From a virus (lineage: Duplodnaviria; Caudoviricetes), in the IMG/VR virus record IMGVR_UViG_3300031857_000001: DNA of 64,000 nucleotides. The stretch is one strand, 5' to 3'. The notes under the pieces are model-generated. The model saw only the letters and a program-made list of their open reading frames with translations. It did no database searches and was not told the DNA's origin. Both the position numbers and the translations under genes were made by a program. Positions 46,883-56,426 of this stretch are shown in pieces. Numbering within the stretch: the stretch's first letter is position 1; each line of letters begins with the position of its first letter.

Positions 46883-47923
46883 ATGAAAGTTTTATTGTCT
46901 GAAGAACAGTTAAAAACATTAATTAAGGAGGATTTGGGGGTGTCAAGGGCATCTTTGGCTTATGCTAATTTAATTTATCAAACATTAGAATCAAAAGCGG
47001 TTGAATTCATGGAATTAAGAAATGAATCTCAAGAAAAAATTGTTATCAGTTTACAAGATATGTCAAGAATTTATCAATCCAGTATGGATGACTATATTGA
47101 GTTACCTGTTGAAAAAATCGAGATTAATTTTATTTGTAGTAAGATTCCGAAAGGTAATAAAAATATTAAATTCACATCAGGAGGTGGTTTTGAATCAATA
47201 GACAAAAAATCTTTTGGTGGTTCTTATTTAAAAGAACCGTCATTAGAATTACCAAAATATGTTTTAGAGGAAGTTACACAAACTTTAGTTGCTAAATTTA
47301 GTTTGTATTTCAAATTGAGTTCAGATTTTAGTGACGAATTTAAAGATAAGGCACTATATGATTTGAGAGATACGATAATACATGAATGTAACCATCTTTT
47401 TGAAAGTTATAAAAGAGCCGAGTCAGGAGCAAAACAATTCAACGTTTCTTTAAGCTGGGTAGGGGGTAAAAATTATAATGTTAATAGAGAAATATTCAAA
47501 ATCTGGCAAGAATTTCTTGATATGATTTATTATTCAGAGCCATATGAAATAAATGCCAAATCACAAGAAGCGGTAAGTCAAACATCTATCATGTCATTCG
47601 ATGAATTCAAAAAAACCAAATTTTGGCAAGATTCATCAGTTATGAAAAATTTTAACTCAGAATTATATATTGATAAATTATTGAGTAAAATTCAAGAAGT
47701 AAATCCTGAAAAAACCATATCTATCTTAAATAATCTATATAAATGGTTCATGACGGATTATTATAAATGGATGAAAGTTCATGGTGAGTCTCCTGCCAGA
47801 TACATTGAAAAAACAACAGGGTTGTTTGACTTAGTTAAGAAGTTTAAAAGTAGAATTAACAAAGCTGGTGACAAATTACAGAGAAATTACATGAGACTGT
47901 ATACTTTGGACCTCGAAAAATAA
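46883..47923 (+). CDS. zincin-like (HExxH) protein with MKVLLSEEQL leader
   Basis: IIHECNHLFE...YEINA; resembles 1663..2769. Confidence 0.7.
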   Translation: MKVLLSEEQLKTLIKEDLGVSRASLAYANLIYQTLESKAVEFMELRNESQEKIVISLQDMSRIYQSSMDDYIELPVEKIEINFICSKIPKGNKNIKFTSGGGFESIDKKSFGGSYLKEPSLELPKYVLEEVTQTLVAKFSLYFKLSSDFSDEFKDKALYDLRDTIIHECNHLFESYKRAESGAKQFNVSLSWVGGKNYNVNREIFKIWQEFLDMIYYSEPYEINAKSQEAVSQTSIMSFDEFKKTKFWQDSSVMKNFNSELYIDKLLSKIQEVNPEKTISILNNLYKWFMTDYYKWMKVHGESPARYIEKTTGLFDLVKKFKSRINKAGDKLQRNYMRLYTLDLEK

Positions 47924-48067
47924 TCACATTGTCATATAATTTAATGATAAACTGACATTTTGTCAGTTTTTTTGTTTTGGCACATTAATTAATAATGTAG
48001 ATTCGGAGTTGACTCCATAAAAGTTTTTTAATATACTTTAAAAAAAATAAAAATAATTTTTTAAACT

Positions 48068-49945
48068 ATGGGTAAAATTATAGGTATTGATTTAGGAACA
48101 ACAAATTCGTGTGTTGCCGTTATGGAAAATGGTGAACCTGTTGTGATTACAAACAGTGAAGGAAAAAGAACCACCCCTTCGATTGTTGGTTTTTCAAATG
48201 GTGGTGAGAGAAAGGTTGGTGACCCGGCAAAACGTCAAGCGGTTACAAATCCTGATAAAACAGTTTACTCTATTAAGCGTTTTATGGGTGCAAGCTTTGA
48301 TGAAAGTAAAAAAGAAATCAAGCGTGTTCCTTATAAAGTGGTTAAGGGTGAAGGTAACACTCCTCGTGTTCAAATTGAGGATAAGAAGTATTCTGCTCAG
48401 GAAATCTCGGCGATGGTTCTTCAGAAAATGAAGCAAACTGCTGAAGATTATTTGGGGGAAACTGTGACCGATGCGGTTATTACAGTACCCGCGTATTTCA
48501 ATGATGCTCAACGTCAAGCAACAAAAGAAGCTGGTGAAATTGCGGGTCTAACTGTTAAACGTATCATCAACGAACCAACCGCAGCTGCACTTGCCTATGG
48601 TCTTGACAAAAAAGGTCAGGATATGAAAGTTGTTGTGTTCGACTGTGGTGGTGGTACTCATGACGTATCAGTTCTTGAACTTGGTGACGGCGTATTTGAA
48701 GTTTTGTCAACTGACGGTGATACTCACCTCGGTGGTGATGACTTTGACCAAGCAATTATTGATTGGTTGGCAAAAGAGTTCCAAGATGAAAATGGAGTTG
48801 ATTTGACAAAAGACCCGATGGCTCTTCAGCGTCTTCGTGAAGGTGCTGAAAAGGCAAAGATTGAATTGTCATCTTCACCATCAACAGAAGTCAATCTACC
48901 TTACATTATGCCGGTAGATGGTATGCCAAAACACTTGGTTCGTACATTGACAAAGGCTAAGTTCGAGCAGTTGGTTGATAGTTTGGTACAACGTACAATT
49001 GCACCATGTAAATCAGCTTTGAAGAACGCAGGTTTGAAACCAAAAGACATCGATGAAGTTATCTTGGTTGGAGGTTCGACTAGAATTCCGGCAATCCAAG
49101 AGGCTGTTAAAAAGTTCTTCGGTAAAGAACCATCAAAAGGAGTTAACCCTGATGAAGTTGTTGCGCTTGGTGCGGCAATTCAAGGAGGAGTACTCGCAGG
49201 TGATGTAAAAGACGTATTGTTGTTGGATGTAACACCACTTTCACTTGGTATTGAAACAATGGGTGGAGTTTTCACAAAACTTATTGAGTCTAACACAACA
49301 ATTCCGACTAAAAAGTCACAAATTTTCTCAACGGCAGTTGATAACCAACCATCAGTAGAAATTCACGTTCTACAGGGAGAAAGAGCAATGGCTCAAGACA
49401 ATAGAACAATTGGTCGTTTCTTCCTTGATGGACTTCCAACGGCAATGAGAGGAGTTCCACAAATCGAAGTAACTTTTGACATCGATGCAAACGGTATCAT
49501 TAATGTTTCTGCCAAAGACAAAGCGACTGACAAAGAACAATCAATCCGTATCGAAAGTTCAACTGGACTTTCTAAGGAGGAAATTGAACAAATGAAGCGT
49601 GACGCTGAGTTAAATGCTGAGTCAGACGCTAAAGCTCGTGAAAATGTTGACATTATGAATCAAGGAGATTCAATGGCATTCCAAACTGAAAAGACTTTAA
49701 AAGATTTGGATGAGAAAATGACCGATGAGCAAAAAACTCAACTATCTGAGGCCTTATCCGAATTAAAAACCGCTTTGGAAGAAAAGGAAGTTGAGAAAGT
49801 TAGAGACGCGACGGCAAAAGTTGCAATAACCTCTCAAACAATCACTCAATCAATTTATAGTCAGACCGCTTCTGAAGGTACTGGTGACGAACCTACTAAT
49901 GAAGAAGTATCTGATGTAGATTTTGAGGAAGTTGAACCTAAGTAA
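48068..49945 (+). CDS. dnaK: Hsp70 chaperone DnaK
   Basis: [54 protein letters not shown]. Confidence 0.98.
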   Translation: MGKIIGIDLGTTNSCVAVMENGEPVVITNSEGKRTTPSIVGFSNGGERKVGDPAKRQAVTNPDKTVYSIKRFMGASFDESKKEIKRVPYKVVKGEGNTPRVQIEDKKYSAQEISAMVLQKMKQTAEDYLGETVTDAVITVPAYFNDAQRQATKEAGEIAGLTVKRIINEPTAAALAYGLDKKGQDMKVVVFDCGGGTHDVSVLELGDGVFEVLSTDGDTHLGGDDFDQAIIDWLAKEFQDENGVDLTKDPMALQRLREGAEKAKIELSSSPSTEVNLPYIMPVDGMPKHLVRTLTKAKFEQLVDSLVQRTIAPCKSALKNAGLKPKDIDEVILVGGSTRIPAIQEAVKKFFGKEPSKGVNPDEVVALGAAIQGGVLAGDVKDVLLLDVTPLSLGIETMGGVFTKLIESNTTIPTKKSQIFSTAVDNQPSVEIHVLQGERAMAQDNRTIGRFFLDGLPTAMRGVPQIEVTFDIDANGIINVSAKDKATDKEQSIRIESSTGLSKEEIEQMKRDAELNAESDAKARENVDIMNQGDSMAFQTEKTLKDLDEKMTDEQKTQLSEALSELKTALEEKEVEKVRDATAKVAITSQTITQSIYSQTASEGTGDEPTNEEVSDVDFEEVEPK

Positions 49946-49960
49946 TCGTAGAAAAATGTT

Positions 49961-49987
49961 AAAATCCCCACCTAAGTGGGGATTTTT
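49961..49987 (+). terminator. intrinsic terminator
   Basis: AAAATCCCCAC/GTGGGGATTTT. Confidence 0.85.
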
Positions 49988-50002
49988 GTTTATATTTGTA
50001 CT

Positions 50003-50143
50003 ATGAATAAAATAACAAGAAAATACGAAACCGAGGACACAATCTCAATTTGGACTTATGACTTGGATAAATTCAAGAATGGTCCGATATCGGTTGAGAT
50101 AATCGATAAGAAGCCCGAACCTGTTAAGAAAAAACGAAAATAA
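50003..50143 (+). CDS. small hypothetical protein (46 aa)
   Basis: Manual translation MNKITRKYETEDTISIWTYD...KKKRK*; TATATTTG at 49991. Confidence 0.6.
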   Translation: MNKITRKYETEDTISIWTYDLDKFKNGPISVEIIDKKPEPVKKKRK

Positions 50144-50171
50144 AAAACCCCACTTAAAGGTGGGGTTAATT

Positions 50172-50453
50172 TTATTCGGAATCCTCTTCTTTCTTTTTTC
50201 CTCGTCTTGCTGTGAATTTATCCACACTAGCCAAACCTAAACAACCAAACGCCAATAAAGCAACTGCGTCGACCAAATATTCGGCGGGAGCAACATCCAC
50301 AGTTGAAAAGCTATTGTGATACATAGTTAGACACAACGCAACCGCGCATCCCATACCAACAATTCTTTTTGATGATGGATTACCTTTCTCATCGTTAAAA
50401 ATACCTTTCAACCATAGAATGGCTTCAACAAATAAAGCAACAATTTTTTTCAT
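50172..50453 (-). CDS. small two-TM membrane protein (holin-like)
   Basis: SSKR motif, two hydrophobic helices, charged tail. Confidence 0.55.
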   Translation of the reverse strand: MKKIVALFVEAILWLKGIFNDEKGNPSSKRIVGMGCAVALCLTMYHNSFSTVDVAPAEYLVDAVALLAFGCLGLASVDKFTARRGKKKEEDSE

Positions 50454-50474
50454 TTTTTCAGTTTTAGTTTTAGT

Positions 50475-50603
50475 TTATTTTCTTCCTTGACCTTTGTAAG
50501 CTTTGGGTTTCTCTTCTTTTGGACCATACTTTCTTTTAGATTTTCCTTTTTTACGAGTACCAAAAGTTTCTTTAGACCCAACAGCACTACCTGATTTTGC
50601 CAT
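50475..50603 (-). CDS. small very basic protein (42 aa) ending YKGQGRK
   Basis: Manual translation MAKSGSAVGSKETFGTRKKGKSKRKYGPKEEKPKAYKGQGRK*; not in ORF track. Confidence 0.7.
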   Translation of the reverse strand: MAKSGSAVGSKETFGTRKKGKSKRKYGPKEEKPKAYKGQGRK

Positions 50604-50652
50604 AATTTTTATTTTTTAGATAATTTATTTATTATATAAATATTCGGGCAAC

Positions 50653-50726
50653 AAAAAAGGGGACAGTAGCGAACTTCCCCTTTTCCTGTTATGTAACATA
50701 ACGGTCCTAAGACTCCTCTTTCGAGG
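50653..50726 (-). ncRNA. candidate structured RNA with two segments antisense to 23S rRNA H69-H70
   Basis: Minus strand CCUC-GAAA-GAGG hairpin, CUUAGGACCGUUAU-GUUAC, then terminator hairpin containing GGAAGUUCGCUAC and a U6 tract. Confidence 0.6.
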
Positions 50727-50727
50727 T

Positions 50728-51258
50728 TTATTTTCCTTTAACTAAGACTAAACATCTCTTTAAATATTCCTTTGCTCTCGGAGATGGAGTATATTCATCA
50801 TCCTTAGTTTGAAGTGCTAGAACCCTTTCAATGTCCTTAACTAATTCGGTTCCATGTTCATTTTCCTTATAAAGTTCAATAACCTTATCCATTGCTTTAT
50901 GACATTCACCAGATGTTTCGTCATAGTAGTTTTTGTTTCTGAACTTATTTAAATTATTCATCATTTCATATGATAAATGAGCTCCACCATCAGTGATATC
51001 TTTAAACAATCTCAAATTATTTAAAATACCTAAAGTATCAACCATTGAATTAACACCTCTTTTTCTTTTTGTCACTCCTGGAGAATATAAATCATAATCA
51101 CCGGCTTCACCAACAAGTTCAGTTAATGGAATAGAATTGGTGGTCATACATTTTGGTTTAGATTCTTGAGTTTCTTTAGAATCCATTCCCATTTCTTCTA
51201 TCAGGTGTTGTCTGATTATTTTTCTAAGTTCACCTTCGTTTATCGTAATTCTTTTCAT
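50728..51258 (-). CDS. hypothetical protein with MKRITINEGEL leader
   Basis: TATTTAT upstream; leader ends LIEE. Confidence 0.7.
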   Translation of the reverse strand: MKRITINEGELRKIIRQHLIEEMGMDSKETQESKPKCMTTNSIPLTELVGEAGDYDLYSPGVTKRKRGVNSMVDTLGILNNLRLFKDITDGGAHLSYEMMNNLNKFRNKNYYDETSGECHKAMDKVIELYKENEHGTELVKDIERVLALQTKDDEYTPSPRAKEYLKRCLVLVKGK

Positions 51259-51370
51259 GACAATTTTATTTATAAATATTATTTGACTGTGAATTATTCT
51301 TCGATAACAATATTTATATTAAAAGTATTTTAGACTCGTTCTATAAAAAGTAAATTATAAACCATGAGTG

Positions 51371-51592
51371 ATGGAGATAGTAAAATCAACTTGGAGGAAA
51401 ATTTTTGTGGGGAACCTATCGGTAAAGTTTTTGATGTTGGGAATGTTCTTCAACCCTTTCGGTTTCGATTTGGTTCAATATCAACTTATTTTACTAACAG
51501 GAAATTTGTGGAACGCAAATTTAGTTTTGTATTTTATTTCGGCCTTTTTCTTTGGTCTATCTTTTTTATCTCAAAAATTTTCATCTAAATAA
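51371..51592 (+). CDS. small membrane protein
   Basis: Two hydrophobic segments; NPFG.D motif. Confidence 0.55.
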   Translation: MEIVKSTWRKIFVGNLSVKFLMLGMFFNPFGFDLVQYQLILLTGNLWNANLVLYFISAFFFGLSFLSQKFSSK

Positions 51593-51593
51593 A

Positions 51594-51806
51594 TTAACTA
51601 TTTTCTGATTCATCATTAGATTCGGAAACATTATTTGGTATGATTTGTTGTAACCAAATGTCAAAAATTAAATAATAAATCCACCATGTGATATTGTCTA
51701 ATGGGTGTTGTTGGGGGTTTATTGAATTCATAATTAAACCACCAACTACTCTATAACATACGTATAATCTAATTACAACTAGAAATATCATCAAAAATTT
51801 TTTCAT
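51594..51806 (-). CDS. small membrane protein
   Basis: TATATTTG upstream; two hydrophobic segments. Confidence 0.6.
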   Translation of the reverse strand: MKKFLMIFLVVIRLYVCYRVVGGLIMNSINPQQHPLDNITWWIYYLIFDIWLQQIIPNNVSESNDESENS

Positions 51807-51858
51807 AGGAAATTTATTTGATACAAATATAGGGATATTTATTTAAAAAACATACCAC

Positions 51859-52263
51859 ATGAATAAAATTATAAGATTGACAGAATCAGATTTGAAAAGA
51901 ATTATTGAGATGGTTACCGCTCAGATGAATGAAGGTATCATATATGAAGATGAATATGGAAGTGTGGTTGAGACAGACTTTGAATCTACCGATGTTTTAA
52001 ATGAAGCCGAGTATAAGGGTAGAAAAGTGCAACTTGGTAAAATCATGCAAGGTGATATTAAAAAGTTTAAAGTTTATGTTAAGAACGACAAAGGAAAAGT
52101 TGTTAAGGTAAACTTTGGATTTGGTGGTAAGTCGGCAAAAGGAAAAAGAATGACAATCAAGAAAAATAATCCTGAAAGAAGAAAATCTTTTAGAGCGAGA
52201 CACAATTGCGACAATCCTGGGCCAAGATGGAAACCAAGATATTGGGCTTGTAGAACTTGGTAA
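51859..52263 (+). CDS. leader-bearing protein with basic RKSFRARHNC..RYWAC domain
   Basis: MNKIIRLTESDL leader; phage-type basic domain. Confidence 0.7.
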   Translation: MNKIIRLTESDLKRIIEMVTAQMNEGIIYEDEYGSVVETDFESTDVLNEAEYKGRKVQLGKIMQGDIKKFKVYVKNDKGKVVKVNFGFGGKSAKGKRMTIKKNNPERRKSFRARHNCDNPGPRWKPRYWACRTW

Positions 52264-53271
52264 TTATTTATCGTATCTTTTACGGGCGTTTTCTGTTATG
52301 AAAACAAAATCAGAGTATTTGAATGACTCAAGATTTTTTGAATTGGTGTAAGACATTGCCGACCTCAAATAATCTTTAAAGTTTTCAGTCCAACCCATTA
52401 ATGTGTATTCGACTTTATTCATCCGATGGACACCCTCGGATGTTTTAATTTTACCTCTACCCCATTTTTTCTGTACTTCTTTTGTACTCATACCTCTAAA
52501 CTTTTTGTATAAATACTTTCTCATAAACGGATACTTTTCCCAAATTTTAATTGCTCGTTCTTTGGATAATTTAAACTTACCAAACAACAGAGTGTCTGAA
52601 CATGATTCCAAAGATTTATTCAACATACCTCCTAACATTACATAGTCAGCGCCCAAAGCGAGAGCTTTAATAATGTCATCGTAATTTCTGAAGCCTCCAT
52701 CTGCGACAATTTTAGAATTATAACCCCATTGTTTTTTAATTTCAAAACATTCCTTAATTAAGGATGCCATTGGATAATGGACACCAGTATTTGCCGATGT
52801 TAAACAACCACTACCACCACCGATACCAACACGAATATATTTTACACCAATCTCGGCGAATTTTTCATATGTTTTTGGGTTGGCAATATTACCAATCATT
52901 AATTCACCATATGGGTATTGTTCCATAAACTTTTTGGATAAATTGTATAGTTTTTCCATATGACCGTTGGCAATATCAACCAGTATTTTTGGTAGTACCG
53001 AACACTTGGTATTTATTAATTTCTCAAATTCATCTAATGATATCGATTTGAAACCTGTATAAGTTGGTTCCATTCCCCTTGGATAACATAGAACCATGTT
53101 TTCTTGCCAAAAATCGATAGAACTTGTGTAATCAATAACTGTATCCATTGGTGATACCATAAGGGGTAAATGTTTAGAATCTGTCAAAATATTAATCTCA
53201 CTACGAGACGAAATTGATGAGATGGTTTCAGGAACCAATGTGATATCTTTGAAATCGAACTTTTTATCCAT
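52264..53271 (-). CDS. IMP dehydrogenase/GMP reductase family protein (no CBS domains)
   Basis: SPMDTV, VDIANGH, RVGIGGGSGC.T, ADGG......I.KALA.GADYVM.G, RGM, LRSAMSY. Confidence 0.88.
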   Translation of the reverse strand: MDKKFDFKDITLVPETISSISSRSEINILTDSKHLPLMVSPMDTVIDYTSSIDFWQENMVLCYPRGMEPTYTGFKSISLDEFEKLINTKCSVLPKILVDIANGHMEKLYNLSKKFMEQYPYGELMIGNIANPKTYEKFAEIGVKYIRVGIGGGSGCLTSANTGVHYPMASLIKECFEIKKQWGYNSKIVADGGFRNYDDIIKALALGADYVMLGGMLNKSLESCSDTLLFGKFKLSKERAIKIWEKYPFMRKYLYKKFRGMSTKEVQKKWGRGKIKTSEGVHRMNKVEYTLMGWTENFKDYLRSAMSYTNSKNLESFKYSDFVFITENARKRYDK

Positions 53272-53334
53272 ATTATTTGTTTAACACTAAAATATAAGTG
53301 AAAAATTATTATCGGTCAAAGAGTATTTATTGAT

Positions 53335-54336
53335 ATGTTAAGTGAAAAAGCGATAGATAGGATTAATGGTCTATTAAAAGATAATACTTTCAATTATACC
53401 GGGGAACTTATACAAAATTTAAACGGTAATATTAATTTCAAGATTGAGTTATTGGGTTATAGAAATATGATAAGAGTTGGTGAGCCATACCCACACATGA
53501 GGGTAAAAATAACTATTACCGATATCAAAGATAGAGTTAGTAGACTTGTCCTTTTACAACTTAGAAAAGTAGAAAAGGAAGATATATTACGTCATTTAGA
53601 TAGAAATATGTGGACGTTCAAACGTGGAGTTCAAAATTACTTATCTTCGGTGCTCCAATTCTTCGACACAGAAAATTATGAAAATGTTGTTATTGATGAA
53701 TTTGTTTTTGATTATGATATTGACGAGGATGAACTTTTAAGAGAACAAAAAGTACCCAATTTGGCGGTTAGAACTGTAATTAGAGATATTGTAACGGTTT
53801 TAAAATCAGGTAAAACAGATGAAATTATGTTACCTTATGACTTAAATGGTCAAGAAAGTTATGAGATAATGAATTTTCCTGAGTTTGATGTTTTTTTAGA
53901 CATAAGACAGGTCGATTTTGAAGAAATTAAGTCAGGTGCTGACTTTTTTATACAGTCAAGTTACGTTTCTGAAGGACAACAATTACAAATTTTAATTCAG
54001 TATGTACCTGAGAGGCTACAAAAATCATTACATTCTATAGTTGGAAATCTTAATGACGATATCGCACATGAATTACAGCATTTAAGACAGGATGTTGAGG
54101 GTAGACTTGATATTACTGATTATAGAGGTTCTAATGTTGGATATTTTTTACAACCGAACGAAATTGAATCACAATATAGGGGACTCAAAAGAAAATCAAA
54201 AATTATGGGATTACCTATGATTGATGTTGTTGATGATTGGTTTGAAAATAACTCAAAAAGATTTAGATTATCTGATAAAGATGTTGCAAAGATAAAATCT
54301 GCAATTATGAAATATCCTAAGAAGAAAATCTCTTAA
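53335..54336 (+). CDS. two-domain protein with C-terminal HExxH zincin-like module
   Basis: IAHELQHL.Q...YFLQPNEIES; internal LLRE motif. Confidence 0.65.
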   Translation: MLSEKAIDRINGLLKDNTFNYTGELIQNLNGNINFKIELLGYRNMIRVGEPYPHMRVKITITDIKDRVSRLVLLQLRKVEKEDILRHLDRNMWTFKRGVQNYLSSVLQFFDTENYENVVIDEFVFDYDIDEDELLREQKVPNLAVRTVIRDIVTVLKSGKTDEIMLPYDLNGQESYEIMNFPEFDVFLDIRQVDFEEIKSGADFFIQSSYVSEGQQLQILIQYVPERLQKSLHSIVGNLNDDIAHELQHLRQDVEGRLDITDYRGSNVGYFLQPNEIESQYRGLKRKSKIMGLPMIDVVDDWFENNSKRFRLSDKDVAKIKSAIMKYPKKKIS

Positions 54337-54946
54337 TTATTTTACTAATTGAATTTCTAAGTCCTATTGAAGATACAGTTAGTAGTCCAGAAGTTAACAA
54401 TCTATCTGAAATTTCTTTTACAGTAGAACTGTCAATTTCACCACTTGTTGCATATTGAGCTAAATAAAATAAAATCGGAGCTAAAAAAGCGTAAGACATT
54501 AAGTTTGTCACTTTATATAAATGTAGATTTAGGCTTTCCATGAAACTTATAAAGGCATCCTTAAATTCCTGACTTTTATATAATGCCATTTTGAATGGTT
54601 CCTCTAAACCTTTTTCTTTAATAACCTCAATAATTTTTTTAACTTTTGATTTGTTGTCTTGGAAATATATTGCAATAACTCCAAGTAAAACTATACTTAA
54701 TTCCGCGTCAGATAGTCCCGAATAGTTACCACGTATAAATCTTGATAAAGGTTCAATTAAACCACCAATAGTTGCTCCCCACGATATCAAAATATTAAAA
54801 TGACCCCCAAATTCTTTTGAAGTTTCCTCAATAATATTTTTAACAGTTTCGTAATTAGTTTTTAAAACACCAATCAATTCATCGGCGATTGATTCAGTGA
54901 TTAAAACTTTTTTTTGACTTTCGTTTATTACTACAGTTAATTTCAT
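54317..54946 (-). CDS. leader-bearing helical hypothetical protein
   Basis: MKLTVVINESQ..LITES; start moved to 54946. Confidence 0.65.
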   Translation of the reverse strand: MKLTVVINESQKKVLITESIADELIGVLKTNYETVKNIIEETSKEFGGHFNILISWGATIGGLIEPLSRFIRGNYSGLSDAELSIVLLGVIAIYFQDNKSKVKKIIEVIKEKGLEEPFKMALYKSQEFKDAFISFMESLNLHLYKVTNLMSYAFLAPILFYLAQYATSGEIDSSTVKEISDRLLTSGLLTVSSIGLRNSISKIIKRFSS

Positions 54947-54990
54947 ACAATAATAAATACTTGAAATATATTTATTGTTAAAGTCAAAAT

Positions 54991-55593
54991 ATGATAAATC
55001 CAAAATTAAAGGTGGGAGATAGGGTCCAAATATTACATATGGAGGATGAAATGGATATAATCCCCATGGGGACGTGGGGAACTGTGGAGAGAGTTTCTAA
55101 TGTAATGGATGAGGACATTTATGGTGTTAAATGGGATAATGGTAAAACTTTAAACATTTTGTCAACTACAGATGTTTGGGACACCGAAGAAAATAGAGGT
55201 AAATTCAAAAAGAAAAAAATAACCGAATCAGGTGAAATTGAAAGACACAACGCTTTGTACGGTAATTTGGATGTGTTTGCCAATTTTAAAATGAGATACT
55301 TAAACGAGTATTTAAGAAAAGTTAGAGAGTGTGGTGCGGTAAATATGTTTACCGCAGCTTCATTTCTTTACATGGGAAGAGACCGAATGGAACATATGTT
55401 TGCTTATCAGGATATTGACAGTGAAATATGTGAAGAGGTTTTGGATATGGCAAACATGGCACAACATGAAATGGTGTCAGGGGTTATTAAGGTTTTAGAA
55501 AGCGAAGGTAAAGAAGTTGAGTTGAATAAAATTAATAGATATCTCCAAAGATATTCTCAAAAAGTTTTAGATAGTTACATGCATCTATTCTGA
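54991..55593 (+). CDS. hypothetical protein with N-terminal DUF4314-like SH3-type domain
   Basis: LKVGDRV.ILHM.D......GT.GTV..V......V.WDNG..L. Confidence 0.55.
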   Translation: MINPKLKVGDRVQILHMEDEMDIIPMGTWGTVERVSNVMDEDIYGVKWDNGKTLNILSTTDVWDTEENRGKFKKKKITESGEIERHNALYGNLDVFANFKMRYLNEYLRKVRECGAVNMFTAASFLYMGRDRMEHMFAYQDIDSEICEEVLDMANMAQHEMVSGVIKVLESEGKEVELNKINRYLQRYSQKVLDSYMHLF

Positions 55594-55872
55594 GTAATAA
55601 GATATTTTATCATTATCAGGAATAGGAGTTATATTTAAATCTAAAAAAACAGGATTTTGTTCTCCGGCGTAAAGACCCAAAATATTATAGTCATAAAATT
55701 CTTCAGCTTCGCTCATAGTCATACCATCTCTGACCATTAAAATATTCAAAATTTTTTCTTTTGAATATAAAATTCTTCTACCGTTAAAATCCTCAACAAT
55801 ACCAATAATCGCATTATCTAAATCTGAAAGTAAGACAGCACCTTCAGCGTATTCATTAATATCTACTATCAT
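55585..55872 (-). CDS. phage hypothetical protein
   Basis: LD.AIIG...Y..EKI...L..RDGM...EA.EF.DYNI.G.Y.G...P.F. Confidence 0.65.
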   Translation of the reverse strand: MIVDINEYAEGAVLLSDLDNAIIGIVEDFNGRRILYSKEKILNILMVRDGMTMSEAEEFYDYNILGLYAGEQNPVFLDLNITPIPDNDKISYYSE

Positions 55873-56366
55873 TTTTTTATATATTCGTTAAAATCAATCG
55901 CCGTGTTATCCTTATCACTTATAATTAATTGGTGGTTACCAAGTAATGACTCAACTCTTTTTCTAACTCCCGGTATACTAGTCCAATGAATTGATACTTC
56001 ATGTTCTTTTGAATAAATCTCATCAACAAAATAACTAACTATGGTACCTGATTCTAATGTTAAAAATCCGTGAGCGTAATTTTTTGGGACAAATAAACTT
56101 TCACCTTCGGATAATTCATAAACTTCAACTTCACCTACATTTTCTCCGGTCAAACTAACAATAATATCAACAATTTTACCTTTAATAACAGTAACATGTT
56201 TAGATTGTCTTCGTGGTCCTACCTGAAAATGTAACCCTCTCCATGTAAATGGATTATCATTAATACTTAAATTAGATTGAATCCAATTGTCTTCTAACTT
56301 AGTTGGAACAAATGACCCTCTATTATCTTTATAAATTGGTTGAGTAGATTTTTTTGGAGTTTTCAT
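55869..56366 (-). CDS. rmlC: dTDP-4-dehydrorhamnose 3,5-epimerase
   Basis: DNRG.F, RGLHFQ, Q.K.V.V..G...D..V, L.VP..YAHGF.TL cupin motifs. Confidence 0.85.
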   Translation of the reverse strand: MKTPKKSTQPIYKDNRGSFVPTKLEDNWIQSNLSINDNPFTWRGLHFQVGPRRQSKHVTVIKGKIVDIIVSLTGENVGEVEVYELSEGESLFVPKNYAHGFLTLESGTIVSYFVDEIYSKEHEVSIHWTSIPGVRKRVESLLGNHQLIISDKDNTAIDFNEYIKK

Positions 56367-56426
56367 GTATAAAATATAAAAAATAATTTCACATCAATCA
56401 ATATATTTATTTAGAAAAACAAAACT

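Noticed and set aside
47975-48010. CIRCE heat-shock operator before dnaK
   Set aside because: TTGGCAC is present but the TTAGCACTC-N9-GAGTGCTAA inverted repeat is not
50653-50726. rRNA gene fragment or assembly chimera
   Set aside because: Only two short segments match, in swapped order and embedded in self-consistent hairpins; no other rRNA sequence flanks them
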